48,534 nt of DNA from Eubacteriales bacterium (GTDB taxonomy: Bacteria > Bacillota > Clostridia > Oscillospirales > CAG-272): positions 1-48,534 of the forward strand of contig JAZNFZ010000030.1 of the NCBI GenBank assembly GCA_045576195.1. The letters are read 5' to 3'. The position numbers were made by a program, and so were the translations under genes. Position 1 is the first letter of the stretch; every line of letters begins with the position of its first letter. Of the stretch, positions 32,782-42,016 are shown piece after piece. The notes below the pieces were generated by a model. The model saw only the letters and a list, made by a program, of their open reading frames with translations, had not been told where the DNA came from and made no database searches.

Positions 32782-35265
32782 ATGACCGAATTTGCAAAAT
32801 TTATCTACAACCCCAATGTGGAGCTCAAATCCTTTGGCAGACCGTGGGGAACGGGTGTTTACAATTCCCCCGAACTGAAGATTGAGCCCGAAAACGGTCT
32901 TTCCGCCTTTCGGTGCGAGTTTGACCTGCCCGCAGGCACCAAAAAAGTGATGCTTTCGGCCACCGCGCTCGGCGTGTTTGATATGTACGTCAACGGCCTG
33001 CGCGTCGAGGGAGAGGAGATGAAGCCCGGTTGGACCGACTATGCCTGCCGTGTGTTTGAATTTAACTACGACATTACCGCGCTCTGTGAGGAGAAAAGCG
33101 CGTTTGTTGCCACGGTTTCGCGCGGCTGGTGGAGCGGCCGCATCTCCTGGGGCACCTACGGCAACCGCGCCCCTGCTCTTGCCGCCGAGATCTGTTGCTT
33201 TGACGAGGGCGGCGCTCTGCTTGCCCGCTTTGCAAGCGACGAGAGCTGGGATACCGTCGTGGGCGGACAGATCCTGTTTGCCGACATCTGGGACGGCGAA
33301 TACCGCGACGCTACCATGCCCGACATCTATACCTTCCCCGCCGCCTACGCATGGCAAAAGGCTTCGGTGATGACTGACGACCTGCCCAAGATCGTGCCGC
33401 ACGTCGGCGAGCCCGTGCGCGTGCGCAAGGCGCTTTGCCAAGCACCGAAAAGCGCGGTGCTTTACCGCGACGTGGCCGATAACGGCACCGATTTCGGTGA
33501 GATCGTGCCGATCTCTTGCAAAGAGGGTGTGGGCTGTGAGCGCACGGTGCTTCACGCGGGCGAGCGGCTGATCCTTGACCTCGGTCAGGAGATGGTCGGT
33601 CGACCCAAGCTTTGCATCAAGGCGCCCCGCAAGGCGCGCGTTGAGGTGATGGTGGGCGAGCTGCTCAACGACAGCGGTGCGCTCTCGCGCGGCAACGACG
33701 GCCCCAAGGGCAGCATCTATATGGCCAACTACCGTTCGGCAAAGGCGAGAGCGGTCTATATTGCCGCAGGTAAGGAGCAGGAATGCTACGAGCCCACGCA
33801 CGCCTTCTTCGGCTTCCGCTATTTCTGCATCGTGGCCGACGCCGACGTCGAGATCCTTTCGGTTGAGGGTGTGTTCCTCAGCACCGATATGCGCGAGACG
33901 GGCAGCATTGAAACCAGCAACGAGGAGATCAACCGCTTCATCGAAAACGTCAAGTGGGGACAGCGCTGCAACTACCTTTCGATTCCCACCGACTGCCCCC
34001 AGCGCGACGAGCGCTACGGCTGGTCAGGCGACACGCAGATGTTCTGCGGCGCGGCGACCTATAATGCCTATGCGCGCGGCTTTCTGCGCAAGTGGCTGGG
34101 CGACGCGCGCGACGGCCAGCGCTATTCGCAGGGCTACGGCGCCGTGATCCCTGTGCTCAAGGGCTTTTCTCACGAGGATCACCCTGCAGACGGCGCTGCC
34201 GCGTGGGGTGATGCGGGTATCATCGTACCCTATATGCTCTATCTCAAGTACAACGATCTGGAAACGCTGACCGAGCATTTTGACTCGATGGAGGCCTATA
34301 TGGATTTCCTTGCCTCCTTTGGTATGCACGGCCCGCGCGAAACCTACGGCGACTGGCTCTCCTATGAGGAAACGCCTCATCCCTATATTTCCATTGCGCA
34401 CTATGCCTATGATGCCAAGCTGATGGAAAAAATGGCTGCGGCGATCGGCCAGCATCGCCGCGCCGCCCACTACGCCGCACTTTTTGAAACGATCAAGGCG
34501 GAGTTTGGCAGACAGTACGTGCAAAACGGCACGCTGACCGTCACCTCGCAGACGGCTTGCCTGTTGGCGCTTCATTTCGGTCTCGTCGACGGCGAGGTGC
34601 GCGAAAACGTCATCGCGCTGCTTCGCAAAAAGATCGTGGAAAACGACTATACGCTCTCCACGGGCTTCATCGGCACGGGCATTCTCAACCAAACGCTTTC
34701 CGAGGTCGGCCTTGACGACCTTGCCTATTCGCTTTTGCTGCAAACGCGCGACCCCTCGTGGCTTTACAGCGTCCGTCAGGGGGCGACCACGGTTTGGGAG
34801 CGTTGGAATTCCTACACCAAGGAGAAGGGCTTCGGCAAGGTGACGATGAACTCCTTCAACCATTATGCCTACGGCGCGGTGATGGAGTGGATGTACGGCA
34901 AAATGGCGGGCATCTCGCCCGATCCCGATGCCCCCGGCTTTACGCACTTTGTGCTTTCACCTATGCCCGACACAAGAAAGGGAAGCGACCTTCCCGCAGA
35001 TCAAGAGCCCATCACCTATGTAAAGGCCTACTATGAAAGCGTTGCGGGTCGCATTGAGAGCGCGTGGGAGCAGGAAAACGGCGTTTACACCTTCCGCTTC
35101 ACGATTCCCACGGGTACAAGTGCGAGAGTCGAGCTGCCCTTGCTTTGCGGCAAGCAGACTGTTACCGTAAACGGCAAGGTCTGCACACCGGAGGAGCTTT
35201 GCGGCAGAATTTCGGGCGGAAAAGCGATTTTTGAGCTTGCCGCAGGCACATACACGTTGCAATAA
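32782..35265 (+). CDS. Alpha-L-rhamnosidase (glycoside hydrolase family 78)
   Basis: Motif DCPQRDERYGWSGD and overall length are typical of GH78. Start at ATG 32782 after AAGGAGGA. The ORF track starts at 32713. Confidence 0.85.
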   Translation: MTEFAKFIYNPNVELKSFGRPWGTGVYNSPELKIEPENGLSAFRCEFDLPAGTKKVMLSATALGVFDMYVNGLRVEGEEMKPGWTDYACRVFEFNYDITALCEEKSAFVATVSRGWWSGRISWGTYGNRAPALAAEICCFDEGGALLARFASDESWDTVVGGQILFADIWDGEYRDATMPDIYTFPAAYAWQKASVMTDDLPKIVPHVGEPVRVRKALCQAPKSAVLYRDVADNGTDFGEIVPISCKEGVGCERTVLHAGERLILDLGQEMVGRPKLCIKAPRKARVEVMVGELLNDSGALSRGNDGPKGSIYMANYRSAKARAVYIAAGKEQECYEPTHAFFGFRYFCIVADADVEILSVEGVFLSTDMRETGSIETSNEEINRFIENVKWGQRCNYLSIPTDCPQRDERYGWSGDTQMFCGAATYNAYARGFLRKWLGDARDGQRYSQGYGAVIPVLKGFSHEDHPADGAAAWGDAGIIVPYMLYLKYNDLETLTEHFDSMEAYMDFLASFGMHGPRETYGDWLSYEETPHPYISIAHYAYDAKLMEKMAAAIGQHRRAAHYAALFETIKAEFGRQYVQNGTLTVTSQTACLLALHFGLVDGEVRENVIALLRKKIVENDYTLSTGFIGTGILNQTLSEVGLDDLAYSLLLQTRDPSWLYSVRQGATTVWERWNSYTKEKGFGKVTMNSFNHYAYGAVMEWMYGKMAGISPDPDAPGFTHFVLSPMPDTRKGSDLPADQEPITYVKAYYESVAGRIESAWEQENGVYTFRFTIPTGTSARVELPLLCGKQTVTVNGKVCTPEELCGRISGGKAIFELAAGTYTLQ

Positions 35266-35306
35266 ACGCAAAAATACAAAAAAATAAAGAAAAACAAAAA
35301 AATCGC

Positions 35307-35335
35307 TTGACAAACGGTGCTTGCATCGCTATAAT
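35307..35335 (+). promoter_or_regulatory. Consensus sigma-A promoter for yceD-rpmF
   Basis: TTGACA (35307-35312), 17-nt spacer, TATAAT (35330-35335). Confidence 0.75.
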
Positions 35336-35385
35336 ATATCTGTTGCTTTTTTAAGAAGAGCAAAATCCGCGAAGGGAGACACGCC

Positions 35386-35901
35386 ATGGTACTCAATATG
35401 GGCCCCCTGCTGCGCGGCGAGATCGCGCGAATGGAGATCGAATACGATCTTGCCCCGGAGCCCGTGCTTGATGTGGAGTTTCCCGAACACGCGCACGTCA
35501 AGGGGTATATTACCGACGATGCGGGCTATATGCGCCTGTTTCTTCGTGCCACCCTGCCTTATCGCGGCCAATGCGCCAGATGCCTTGATCCCGTGGAGGG
35601 TGTGTTCACGCTGGATTTTGAGCGGACGGTGGCAGCCGAGGGGTCGATCACAGAGGAAAAGCTCGCCGAGATGGATGATGCCTATGTGATGATCCGTGAG
35701 GGCAAGCTCGATGTGGATGAGCCCTTGCGCGAGGAGCTTTTGATGTGCTTTCCCATGCGCCTGCTCTGCGACGAGAGCTGCGAGGGGCTTTGCCCCAAGT
35801 GCGGTAAGCCGCGGCGAGAGGGCGATTGCGGCTGTCCCACCAAGGAAATCGATCCAAGACTTGCAGTTTTGCAAAAATGGGTTGACAAAAATAAAAATTA
35901 A
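35386..35901 (+). CDS. yceD: YceD/DUF177 family protein (23S rRNA accumulation protein)
   Basis: 171 aa. CARCLDPV ... CEGLCPKCG Cys pairs. Conserved position upstream of rpmF. Confidence 0.85.
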   Translation: MVLNMGPLLRGEIARMEIEYDLAPEPVLDVEFPEHAHVKGYITDDAGYMRLFLRATLPYRGQCARCLDPVEGVFTLDFERTVAAEGSITEEKLAEMDDAYVMIREGKLDVDEPLREELLMCFPMRLLCDESCEGLCPKCGKPRREGDCGCPTKEIDPRLAVLQKWVDKNKN

Positions 35902-35910
35902 ATGTATAAT
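35882..35910 (+). promoter_or_regulatory. Second consensus sigma-A promoter overlapping the yceD stop, driving rpmF
   Basis: TTGACA (35882-35887), 17-nt spacer, TATAAT (35905-35910). Confidence 0.65.
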
Positions 35911-35955
35911 AAACAATGCTGTGTTTAACACAATCCCAAGGAGGTGTAGGTAGAA

Positions 35956-36138
35956 ATGGCAGTACCGAAGAAAAAGGTTTCCAAAGCGCGCAGAGATAAG
36001 AGACGTTCCAATAACTCCAAGCTCGACATGCCCGGCATGGTCAAGTGCGCAAAGTGCGGCGAGTACGTATTGGCTCACCGTGTGTGCAAGGCTTGCGGTT
36101 CTTACGACGGCAAGGAAGTTATCAAGACCGAGGCTTAA
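35956..36138 (+). CDS. rpmF: 50S ribosomal protein L32
   Basis: [17 protein letters not shown] ... C..CG......H.VC..CG, the zinc-ribbon form of L32. Confidence 0.95.
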   Translation: MAVPKKKVSKARRDKRRSNNSKLDMPGMVKCAKCGEYVLAHRVCKACGSYDGKEVIKTEA

Positions 36139-36145
36139 TTTGCAT

Positions 36146-36182
36146 AAAGAAAGACCGACTCAAACGGGTCGGTCTTTCTTTA
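36146..36182 (+). terminator. Intrinsic terminator after rpmF
   Basis: AAAGAAAGACCGAC-tcaaacg-GGTCGGTCTTTCTTT. Confidence 0.8.
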
Positions 36183-36192
36183 TGTCAGGCGA

Positions 36193-36234
36193 GAGAAAAA
36201 GAGAGGCTCCCCGCGGGGAGCCTCTCTTTTTCTC
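36193..36234 (-). terminator. Intrinsic terminator after ylbJ (convergent)
   Basis: GAGAAAAAGAGAGGCTCCC-cgc-GGGGAGCCTCTCTTTTTCTC, directly after the ylbJ stop. Confidence 0.8.
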
Positions 36235-36235
36235 G

Positions 36236-37219
36236 TTAAACGCCCGATGCCAGAGTAAGCACAGGGCAGAGCAGACGAAGATACCCTTCGGCAAAAAGGA
36301 GGCAAAGCCCACCCTGCGCCAGCTTGGCGGCGAGATAGGCGGGGAGCGAGAGTCCCTCGCCCTCGGTGACAGAGAAGATCTGCATCAGGACCGAAAGTCC
36401 CGAAAATCCCGAAAAAAAGGCGCAAAAGCGAAAGGCCGATGCGGGCGGGAGTGTGGCAACCGCCTCCTTGATGCCGCTCGTCAGCTCAAGGAGCCCCGCC
36501 ACCGCCACCAAGGCCTTGTGCGGAAGCCCTGTCGCCTCGGTAGCCGAGTCTATACAGGCAAGAAGGCAGGAGAAAAAGAGCAGAAAGGCACAGACCTGCA
36601 GCATAGAGGAAAAGGCGCGGGTCACGCACCCCGTAAGATCAGTAGCGGTAAGACGGTGCTGTACGGGTGGGGGGAGCGCGCGCCTCTCCCCGCAGGCAGG
36701 GCCTCTAAGGACTCGAAGCAGCATACCGCAGGAAAGGGCGCTGAGAAGTGTGATCACAAAAAGGGCAAGACCGACTGCGCGACTGCCAAAGAGTGCGCCG
36801 CCCACCACGCCGATCAGAAATCCCGCGCTCGGGTTGTTGACAAACAGCAAAAGGCGCGCCAGCTCCTTTTTTTCAAGCGCCCCTTCACGGTGCAGCCGCA
36901 GTGCCGTGGTCGCCCCCACGGGAAAGCCGCACACTGCGCCGAGCAAAAGGGCGATCGCGCCCTCGCCCGATACGCCAAGCAGAGCGTAAAGCGGTCTTCC
37001 AAGGAGCCTGCTCGGTGCTCTGCCTATGTGCAGGGTCACCAGAAGTTCGGAGAGCACGAGGAAGGGAAAGAGCGCGGGGAGGAGCGTGTTGGCACAAAGA
37101 GTGAGTCCCTGCCGAATGCCGTCTGCCGCAAAATCGGCATTCAGAAGGAGAAGAAGCAGCAAAAAGAAGCCGAGCAGAGACAGTATGCTCTCCCGCACAT
37201 AGGGCAGCCTTGCCCTCAC
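36236..37219 (-). CDS. ylbJ: Sporulation integral membrane protein YlbJ (nucleoside-recognition-domain membrane protein)
   Basis: Polytopic. N-terminal signature GIRQGLTLCANTLLPALFPFLVLSELL. Start set at GTG 37219, 7 nt after GGGAGGG. The ORF track extends to GTG 37240. Confidence 0.7.
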   Translation of the reverse strand: MRARLPYVRESILSLLGFFLLLLLLLNADFAADGIRQGLTLCANTLLPALFPFLVLSELLVTLHIGRAPSRLLGRPLYALLGVSGEGAIALLLGAVCGFPVGATTALRLHREGALEKKELARLLLFVNNPSAGFLIGVVGGALFGSRAVGLALFVITLLSALSCGMLLRVLRGPACGERRALPPPVQHRLTATDLTGCVTRAFSSMLQVCAFLLFFSCLLACIDSATEATGLPHKALVAVAGLLELTSGIKEAVATLPPASAFRFCAFFSGFSGLSVLMQIFSVTEGEGLSLPAYLAAKLAQGGLCLLFAEGYLRLLCPVLTLASGV

Positions 37220-37286
37220 GGCATATCCCTCCCTTCGCACTCATAAAATAGCTACAGTTCATTCTATTAGAGTTGGGGAGAGGGTT

Positions 37287-37571
37287 ATGCGAAAAAGAAG
37301 GGATCTTTTGGCACGGCTGGCACAAAAGCTGGATATTCCGCGGGAGGCGCTGCCGGGGGGCTTTGGAATGACGCTTTCCGGGCGTGGGGAGCTGACTGCG
37401 GTGGGCTGTCGCCGCATTTTGCAGTATACCCCCTCGGTCATCCGCCTGGCGGTGGGGCGAGAGACCCTTGCCATACACGGAAAGGAGCTTGCTTGCTCCG
37501 TGTTCGGCGCGGGGGCGGTAACGGTGGTGGGCGAGATCGATACGCTTTGCTTTGAGGAGGGGGAGAAATGA
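37287..37571 (+). CDS. yqfC: Sporulation protein YqfC
   Basis: 94 aa with the typical YqfC pattern (LDIPREALPG....TL.G...L.V.....IL.Y....I.L). Followed by yqfD with an ATGA overlap. Confidence 0.85.
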   Translation: MRKRRDLLARLAQKLDIPREALPGGFGMTLSGRGELTAVGCRRILQYTPSVIRLAVGRETLAIHGKELACSVFGAGAVTVVGEIDTLCFEEGEK

Positions 37572-38746
37572 GTCCTTTCTTGTTTGCGGTGGGCTTTGTT
37601 CGCGTGCGCGTGGCAGGAGCACGGATGACAGAGTTTTACGAGGCCTGCAGAAAAAGCGGAGTCAATCCGCGGCGGGCAAGGCGGAGATCTGCGGGGGGTG
37701 ACCCCTCCTTTTTGCTCACGGTCACGGCGACGGCAAGGCTTTCCCCCTTCCTTTCGGACGGCGAGGTGCTTTTTGAGGAGGAGAGGGGCGGTGTGCCGAT
37801 CCTACTGCGACGGCTGCTTTACCGCCCGGGGATGCTGGCAGGCATCATCGCCGCCATACTGCTGCTGGTTGCCTCCTCGCTTTTTGTGTGGGATGTGGAG
37901 ATCAGCGGGACTGAAGCGATGAGCGAGAGCGAGGTGCGGGAGGTGCTGGCGCTGGCGGGGCTTGATCGGGGCAGCTTTCTGCCCGCCCTTGATCCCGATC
38001 GGATCTCGCTTGCGGCACGGCAAGGGGAGGCGCGGCTCTCCTTTGTTGCCGTCAACCTGCGGGGAACGGTTGCTATGGTGCAGGTGCGCGAGGCAAGGGA
38101 GGGGGTGCTGCCCGAAAAACGCCCTGCCAATCTCGTGGCAAGGTGCGACGGCGTGGTCACCATGCCGCTGATCTTTGCGGGCAAATGTCTGGTCAGTGAG
38201 GGAGAGGTGGTTCGTGCGGGGCAGATCTTGGCAAGCGGGCTTCTGGAAAGCGAGAACAACGGGCTTCGTATGACCCGCGCTGCGGGGCAGGTCCTGGCCA
38301 GGACCGTGCACACCTACGAGGTTTTTGTGCCCTTTTCCTACGAGGAGCAGGTGCCGATGGGGGGCGAGGGCCTTGAGGTATCACTTCTTTTTTTCGGGTT
38401 TGAGGGAAAAGTTTTCAAAAGTACTGGAAAAAGCGGGGTACAATGTGATATAATAAAAAATGTGAAGGAATTTTCTCTGCCGGGTGGGCGCACGCTGCCG
38501 TTTGGCCTTGTGCTGACCCGTACCGTTCCTTATACCTCGGTGAGCGCAAAACGGAGCGTTGCCGAGGCAAGAGCGCTGGCCCTTGCCGAGCTTTCCTCGC
38601 GACTTGAGGCGGACAGCGCGGGGCGCACCCTGCTGCAAAAAACGACCGAGGCAAGGATCGATACCAAGGGGGTCACCCTTGTTTGCACCGTGGTGGCAGA
38701 GGAGGATATTGCCCGCGTGGCGGAATTTCAGACAGCGGTAGAATAG
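37568..38746 (+). CDS. yqfD: Sporulation protein YqfD
   Basis: 392 aa with a central TM segment. Conserved yqfC-yqfD-phoH order as in Bacillus and Clostridia. Confidence 0.85.
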   Translation: MSPFLFAVGFVRVRVAGARMTEFYEACRKSGVNPRRARRRSAGGDPSFLLTVTATARLSPFLSDGEVLFEEERGGVPILLRRLLYRPGMLAGIIAAILLLVASSLFVWDVEISGTEAMSESEVREVLALAGLDRGSFLPALDPDRISLAARQGEARLSFVAVNLRGTVAMVQVREAREGVLPEKRPANLVARCDGVVTMPLIFAGKCLVSEGEVVRAGQILASGLLESENNGLRMTRAAGQVLARTVHTYEVFVPFSYEEQVPMGGEGLEVSLLFFGFEGKVFKSTGKSGVQCDIIKNVKEFSLPGGRTLPFGLVLTRTVPYTSVSAKRSVAEARALALAELSSRLEADSAGRTLLQKTTEARIDTKGVTLVCTVVAEEDIARVAEFQTAVE

Positions 38747-38771
38747 CCGCACCTTCATTTTGATGTTTTAC

Positions 38772-38799
38772 AGAGCCGACCGTTCACGGGATCGGCTCT
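38772..38799 (+). terminator. Weak hairpin between yqfD and phoH
   Basis: AGAGCCGA-ccgttcacggga-TCGGCTCT followed by only TT. Possibly a partial terminator or processing site. Confidence 0.3.
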
Positions 38800-38812
38800 T
38801 GAAAGGATGCTT

Positions 38813-39826
38813 ATGAACCGAGAAATAATCAAAATCGAAAGCAGCGAGATCACCGCTCGCATCTTTGGCGTATGCGATGCCCACGCGCGGAGCGTGGAGG
38901 CCGCCTTTGGTGTGGATATCAGCAACCGCGCCGAGGGCGCGGGAGATGCCATTCTCGTCGCGGGAGAGAGCGAGGAGCAGGTGGGACTGGCCGCGCGGGT
39001 GCTGCGCTGCCTTCGCGATGAGGCGGGGCGCAGCGAGGAGATCTCCGAGCAGCGCGTGGCATACCTGATCGGTATGGTGCGAGACGGCAAGGAGGAGGAG
39101 CTTGCCGAGCTCCACGGCAACGCCATCTGTGTGACCGCAAAGGGAAAGCCGATCAAGGCAAAGACCGTGGGGCAGAAGAAGTATGTGGATGCCATTGCCA
39201 AAAGCACCATTGTGCTTGGTGTGGGACCCGCAGGCACGGGCAAGACCTTTCTGGCGGTCGCTATGGCGGTCAAGGCCTTGCGCTCCAAGGAGGTCAACCG
39301 CATCATTCTGACCCGCCCTGCCATCGAGGCGGGGGAAAAGCTCGGCTTTTTGCCTGGCGATCTGCAAAGCAAGATCGACCCCTATCTCCGCCCGCTTTAC
39401 GATGCGCTTTACGAAATGATGGGTGCGGAAAATTATGCCCGCCTGGTGGAAAAGCAGGTGATCGAGATCGCCCCGCTTGCCTATATGCGCGGCAGAACGC
39501 TGGACGATTCCTTTATTATCCTTGACGAGGCGCAAAACGCCACGCCCGAGCAGATGAAAATGTTTCTCACCCGCCTTGGCTTCAACTCAAAGGCTGTGGT
39601 GACGGGAGATCTGACGCAGACCGACCTGCCCTCGGGGCAAAAAAGCGGACTTGCCGAGGCCGTCAAGATCCTTTCGGGCGTGCCCGATATCAAGATCCAC
39701 TATTTCTCCGATCGGGATGTGGTCAGACACAAGCTGGTGCAGCAGATCATTCTTGCCTATGAGAGCTATGAGCGCGAGCAGCATCGGCAAAGGACCGCCC
39801 GCAGGGGAGAGAGGAGCTCCAAATGA
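38813..39826 (+). CDS. phoH: PhoH-family ATPase
   Basis: Walker A GPAGTGKTFLAV and Walker B ILDEAQN. Start at ATG 38813 after AAAGGA. The ORF track starts at 38807. Confidence 0.9.
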   Translation: MNREIIKIESSEITARIFGVCDAHARSVEAAFGVDISNRAEGAGDAILVAGESEEQVGLAARVLRCLRDEAGRSEEISEQRVAYLIGMVRDGKEEELAELHGNAICVTAKGKPIKAKTVGQKKYVDAIAKSTIVLGVGPAGTGKTFLAVAMAVKALRSKEVNRIILTRPAIEAGEKLGFLPGDLQSKIDPYLRPLYDALYEMMGAENYARLVEKQVIEIAPLAYMRGRTLDDSFIILDEAQNATPEQMKMFLTRLGFNSKAVVTGDLTQTDLPSGQKSGLAEAVKILSGVPDIKIHYFSDRDVVRHKLVQQIILAYESYEREQHRQRTARRGERSSK

Positions 39827-40302
39827 GAAAAAAACTGAGGATATATTTTAAAAATGAGCAATCGGACGAGCGTGTCACCCTGCGGCTGCGGGCGCTGGTG
39901 CGCCGTGCCGTTCTGGCCACGCTCTCCTATGAGAGGATCGACGGGCCCTGCGAGGTCTCGGTCACCTTTACCGATCCCGAGGGGATCCACGACCTCAACC
40001 GCCGCTTCCGCGGCGTGGATGCCCCCACCGACGTACTGTCCTTTCCGCTGCTTGAGGAGGGGATCACGCCGATGGGAAGGATGCTTGGCGATATTGTGCT
40101 CTCGCTGGCGCGCTGCCGTGAGCAGGCAGAGGAATTTGGCCATGGCTTTGACCGTGAGTGTGCCTTTTTGACCGTACATTCCACTCTGCACCTGCTTGGC
40201 TACGACCACGAAACAGGCGAGGGGGATGAGCAGGATATGCGCGCGCGCCAGACCGCCATCGTGGCGGAAATGGGGCTTGGTATAAAGGAGAAAGCAAGAT
40301 GA
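39823..40302 (+). CDS. ybeY: rRNA maturation endoribonuclease YbeY
   Basis: Zn-binding motif HSTLHLLGYDH. Confidence 0.95.
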   Translation: MRKKLRIYFKNEQSDERVTLRLRALVRRAVLATLSYERIDGPCEVSVTFTDPEGIHDLNRRFRGVDAPTDVLSFPLLEEGITPMGRMLGDIVLSLARCREQAEEFGHGFDRECAFLTVHSTLHLLGYDHETGEGDEQDMRARQTAIVAEMGLGIKEKAR

Positions 40303-41186
40303 CAAAAGCAGGATACATTGCCATTGTAGGTCGCCCCAATGTGGGCAAATCCACCTTCCTCAACGCCGCTCTCGGCGAGAAGATCGCCATTGTTTCGGCC
40401 AAGCCTCAGACCACGCGCAACCGCGTGCTGGGCATTCTCACCCGCGGCGAGGCGCAGTTCGTGTTTGTGGATACCCCCGGTATGCACAAGCCGCAAAATT
40501 CCCTTGGCGATTTTATGGTGGAGACCGCCAAAAGCTCGATGCGCGAGGCCGATTGTGTGGTGCTGATGGCAGATGTGGGCAGGGAGATCTCCTCGGTGGA
40601 GGAAAATGTGATCACCTACCTCAAGCAGTCGGGCACTCCCTGTGTGCTGGCACTGAATAAGACCGATCTTTACGATGCCGTTACCGTGGGCGATGCCATC
40701 GGTGCATACGCCGCACGGCACGATTTTGCCGCCGTGGTGCCGCTCTCCGCCAAGAACGGAGGGCAGGTTGCGGATGTGCTTTCGGAATGTGAGCGCCTGC
40801 TGCCCGACTCCCCCTGGTTTTTCCCCGAGGATATGATCACCGATCAGCCCGAGCGGCAGATGGCCGCCGAGATCATTCGCGAAAAGCTTTTGCGTACCCT
40901 TGACCGCGAGGTGCCCCACGGCGTGGCGGTGGTGATCGAGGAGTTCAAGGATGAGGAAAGCCTCATCCGCATCCGTGCCGAGATCTTCTGCGAAAAGGCC
41001 TCACACAAGGGCATTATCGTGGGCAAAAACGGCGCTGAGCTGAAGCTGGTCGGCTCCTATGCAAGGCAGGATCTTGAGAAGCTGTTTGGCACCAAGGTCT
41101 ACCTCAACCTCTGGGTCAAGGTCAAGGAAAACTGGCGTGACAGCCGTGCTGCGGTGGGCAACTTCGGCTACCGCGAGGAGAAGTGA
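40299..41186 (+). CDS. era: GTPase Era
   Basis: G1 GRPNVGKST, G3 DTPG, G4 NKTD, and a KH domain at the C-terminus. Confidence 0.95.
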   Translation: MTKAGYIAIVGRPNVGKSTFLNAALGEKIAIVSAKPQTTRNRVLGILTRGEAQFVFVDTPGMHKPQNSLGDFMVETAKSSMREADCVVLMADVGREISSVEENVITYLKQSGTPCVLALNKTDLYDAVTVGDAIGAYAARHDFAAVVPLSAKNGGQVADVLSECERLLPDSPWFFPEDMITDQPERQMAAEIIREKLLRTLDREVPHGVAVVIEEFKDEESLIRIRAEIFCEKASHKGIIVGKNGAELKLVGSYARQDLEKLFGTKVYLNLWVKVKENWRDSRAAVGNFGYREEK

Positions 41187-42007
41187 CCGTGCAGCACTTT
41201 TGTACCGACGCGCTGATCCTGCGCTCCGTGGATCGGGGCGATCACGATAAGCTGCTGACGGTGCTGGCGGCCGATTACGGCAGGTTTTATGCCATCTTGA
41301 AGGGAGCGCACTCGGTGCACCGCCGCGAGGTGGCCGCCACCGAGCCCTATACCTGGAGCAACATGGAATTTTACGAAAAAAACGGCGTGAAGTGGGTCAA
41401 GGGAGCCACCGTAAACGAGATCTTTCCCGGCATTCGGTATGACGTGGACAAGCTCTTTCTGTCTGCCTATGTGGCAGAGGTGGTGACCGAGCTCTCCGAC
41501 GAGCGCGAGCCTGCGGACGAGATCCTTTCCCTCGCGCTCAACACCCTGCATATGCTATCCGTCACCAAGGGAGAAAACGCGCGGATCAAGGCAACCTTTG
41601 AGATGCGCGCCGCTGCCATTTCGGGCTTTTATCCCGAGCTCTCCCTTTGCGGTCGCTGCGGCGGCGATTTTTCCGAGGGCGGTTATCTTGACGTGATGAA
41701 CGGCGCGCTGGTCTGCCGCTCCTGTATGCGGCGTGCGGAGGCACTGACCCCTCTGCCCGAGATCAACGAGCAGGGAGAGCGCACCGTTCTCTCGCCGCTC
41801 TCGCCCTCGGCGGCCGCCGCGCTTCGCTATGTGGTGGAGGCAGAGCCAAAGCGGGTGTTTTCCTTCCGTCTTGCCGATGAGGAGTCCCTGCGGGAATTCT
41901 CACGCGCGGCGGAGACCTATCTGCTTCACCATCTGGAACGGGGCTTCCCCTCGCTGGAAAACTACAAGCTGATGCAGGGAAGCACACATTTAGAAATCAA
42001 ACGGTAA
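41183..42007 (+). CDS. recO: DNA repair protein RecO
   Basis: OB-fold N-terminus and Zn-finger CGRCG...C..C. GTG start overlaps the era stop. Canonical era-recO order. Confidence 0.85.
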   Translation: MTVQHFCTDALILRSVDRGDHDKLLTVLAADYGRFYAILKGAHSVHRREVAATEPYTWSNMEFYEKNGVKWVKGATVNEIFPGIRYDVDKLFLSAYVAEVVTELSDEREPADEILSLALNTLHMLSVTKGENARIKATFEMRAAAISGFYPELSLCGRCGGDFSEGGYLDVMNGALVCRSCMRRAEALTPLPEINEQGERTVLSPLSPSAAAALRYVVEAEPKRVFSFRLADEESLREFSRAAETYLLHHLERGFPSLENYKLMQGSTHLEIKR

Positions 42008-42016
42008 AGGGGCATT

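Noticed and set aside
36080-37246. 388-aa plus-strand ORF overlapping ylbJ
   Set aside because: The translation is Lys/Arg/Gly-rich with no hydrophobic core. It spans two terminators and is antisense to a convincing YlbJ membrane protein.
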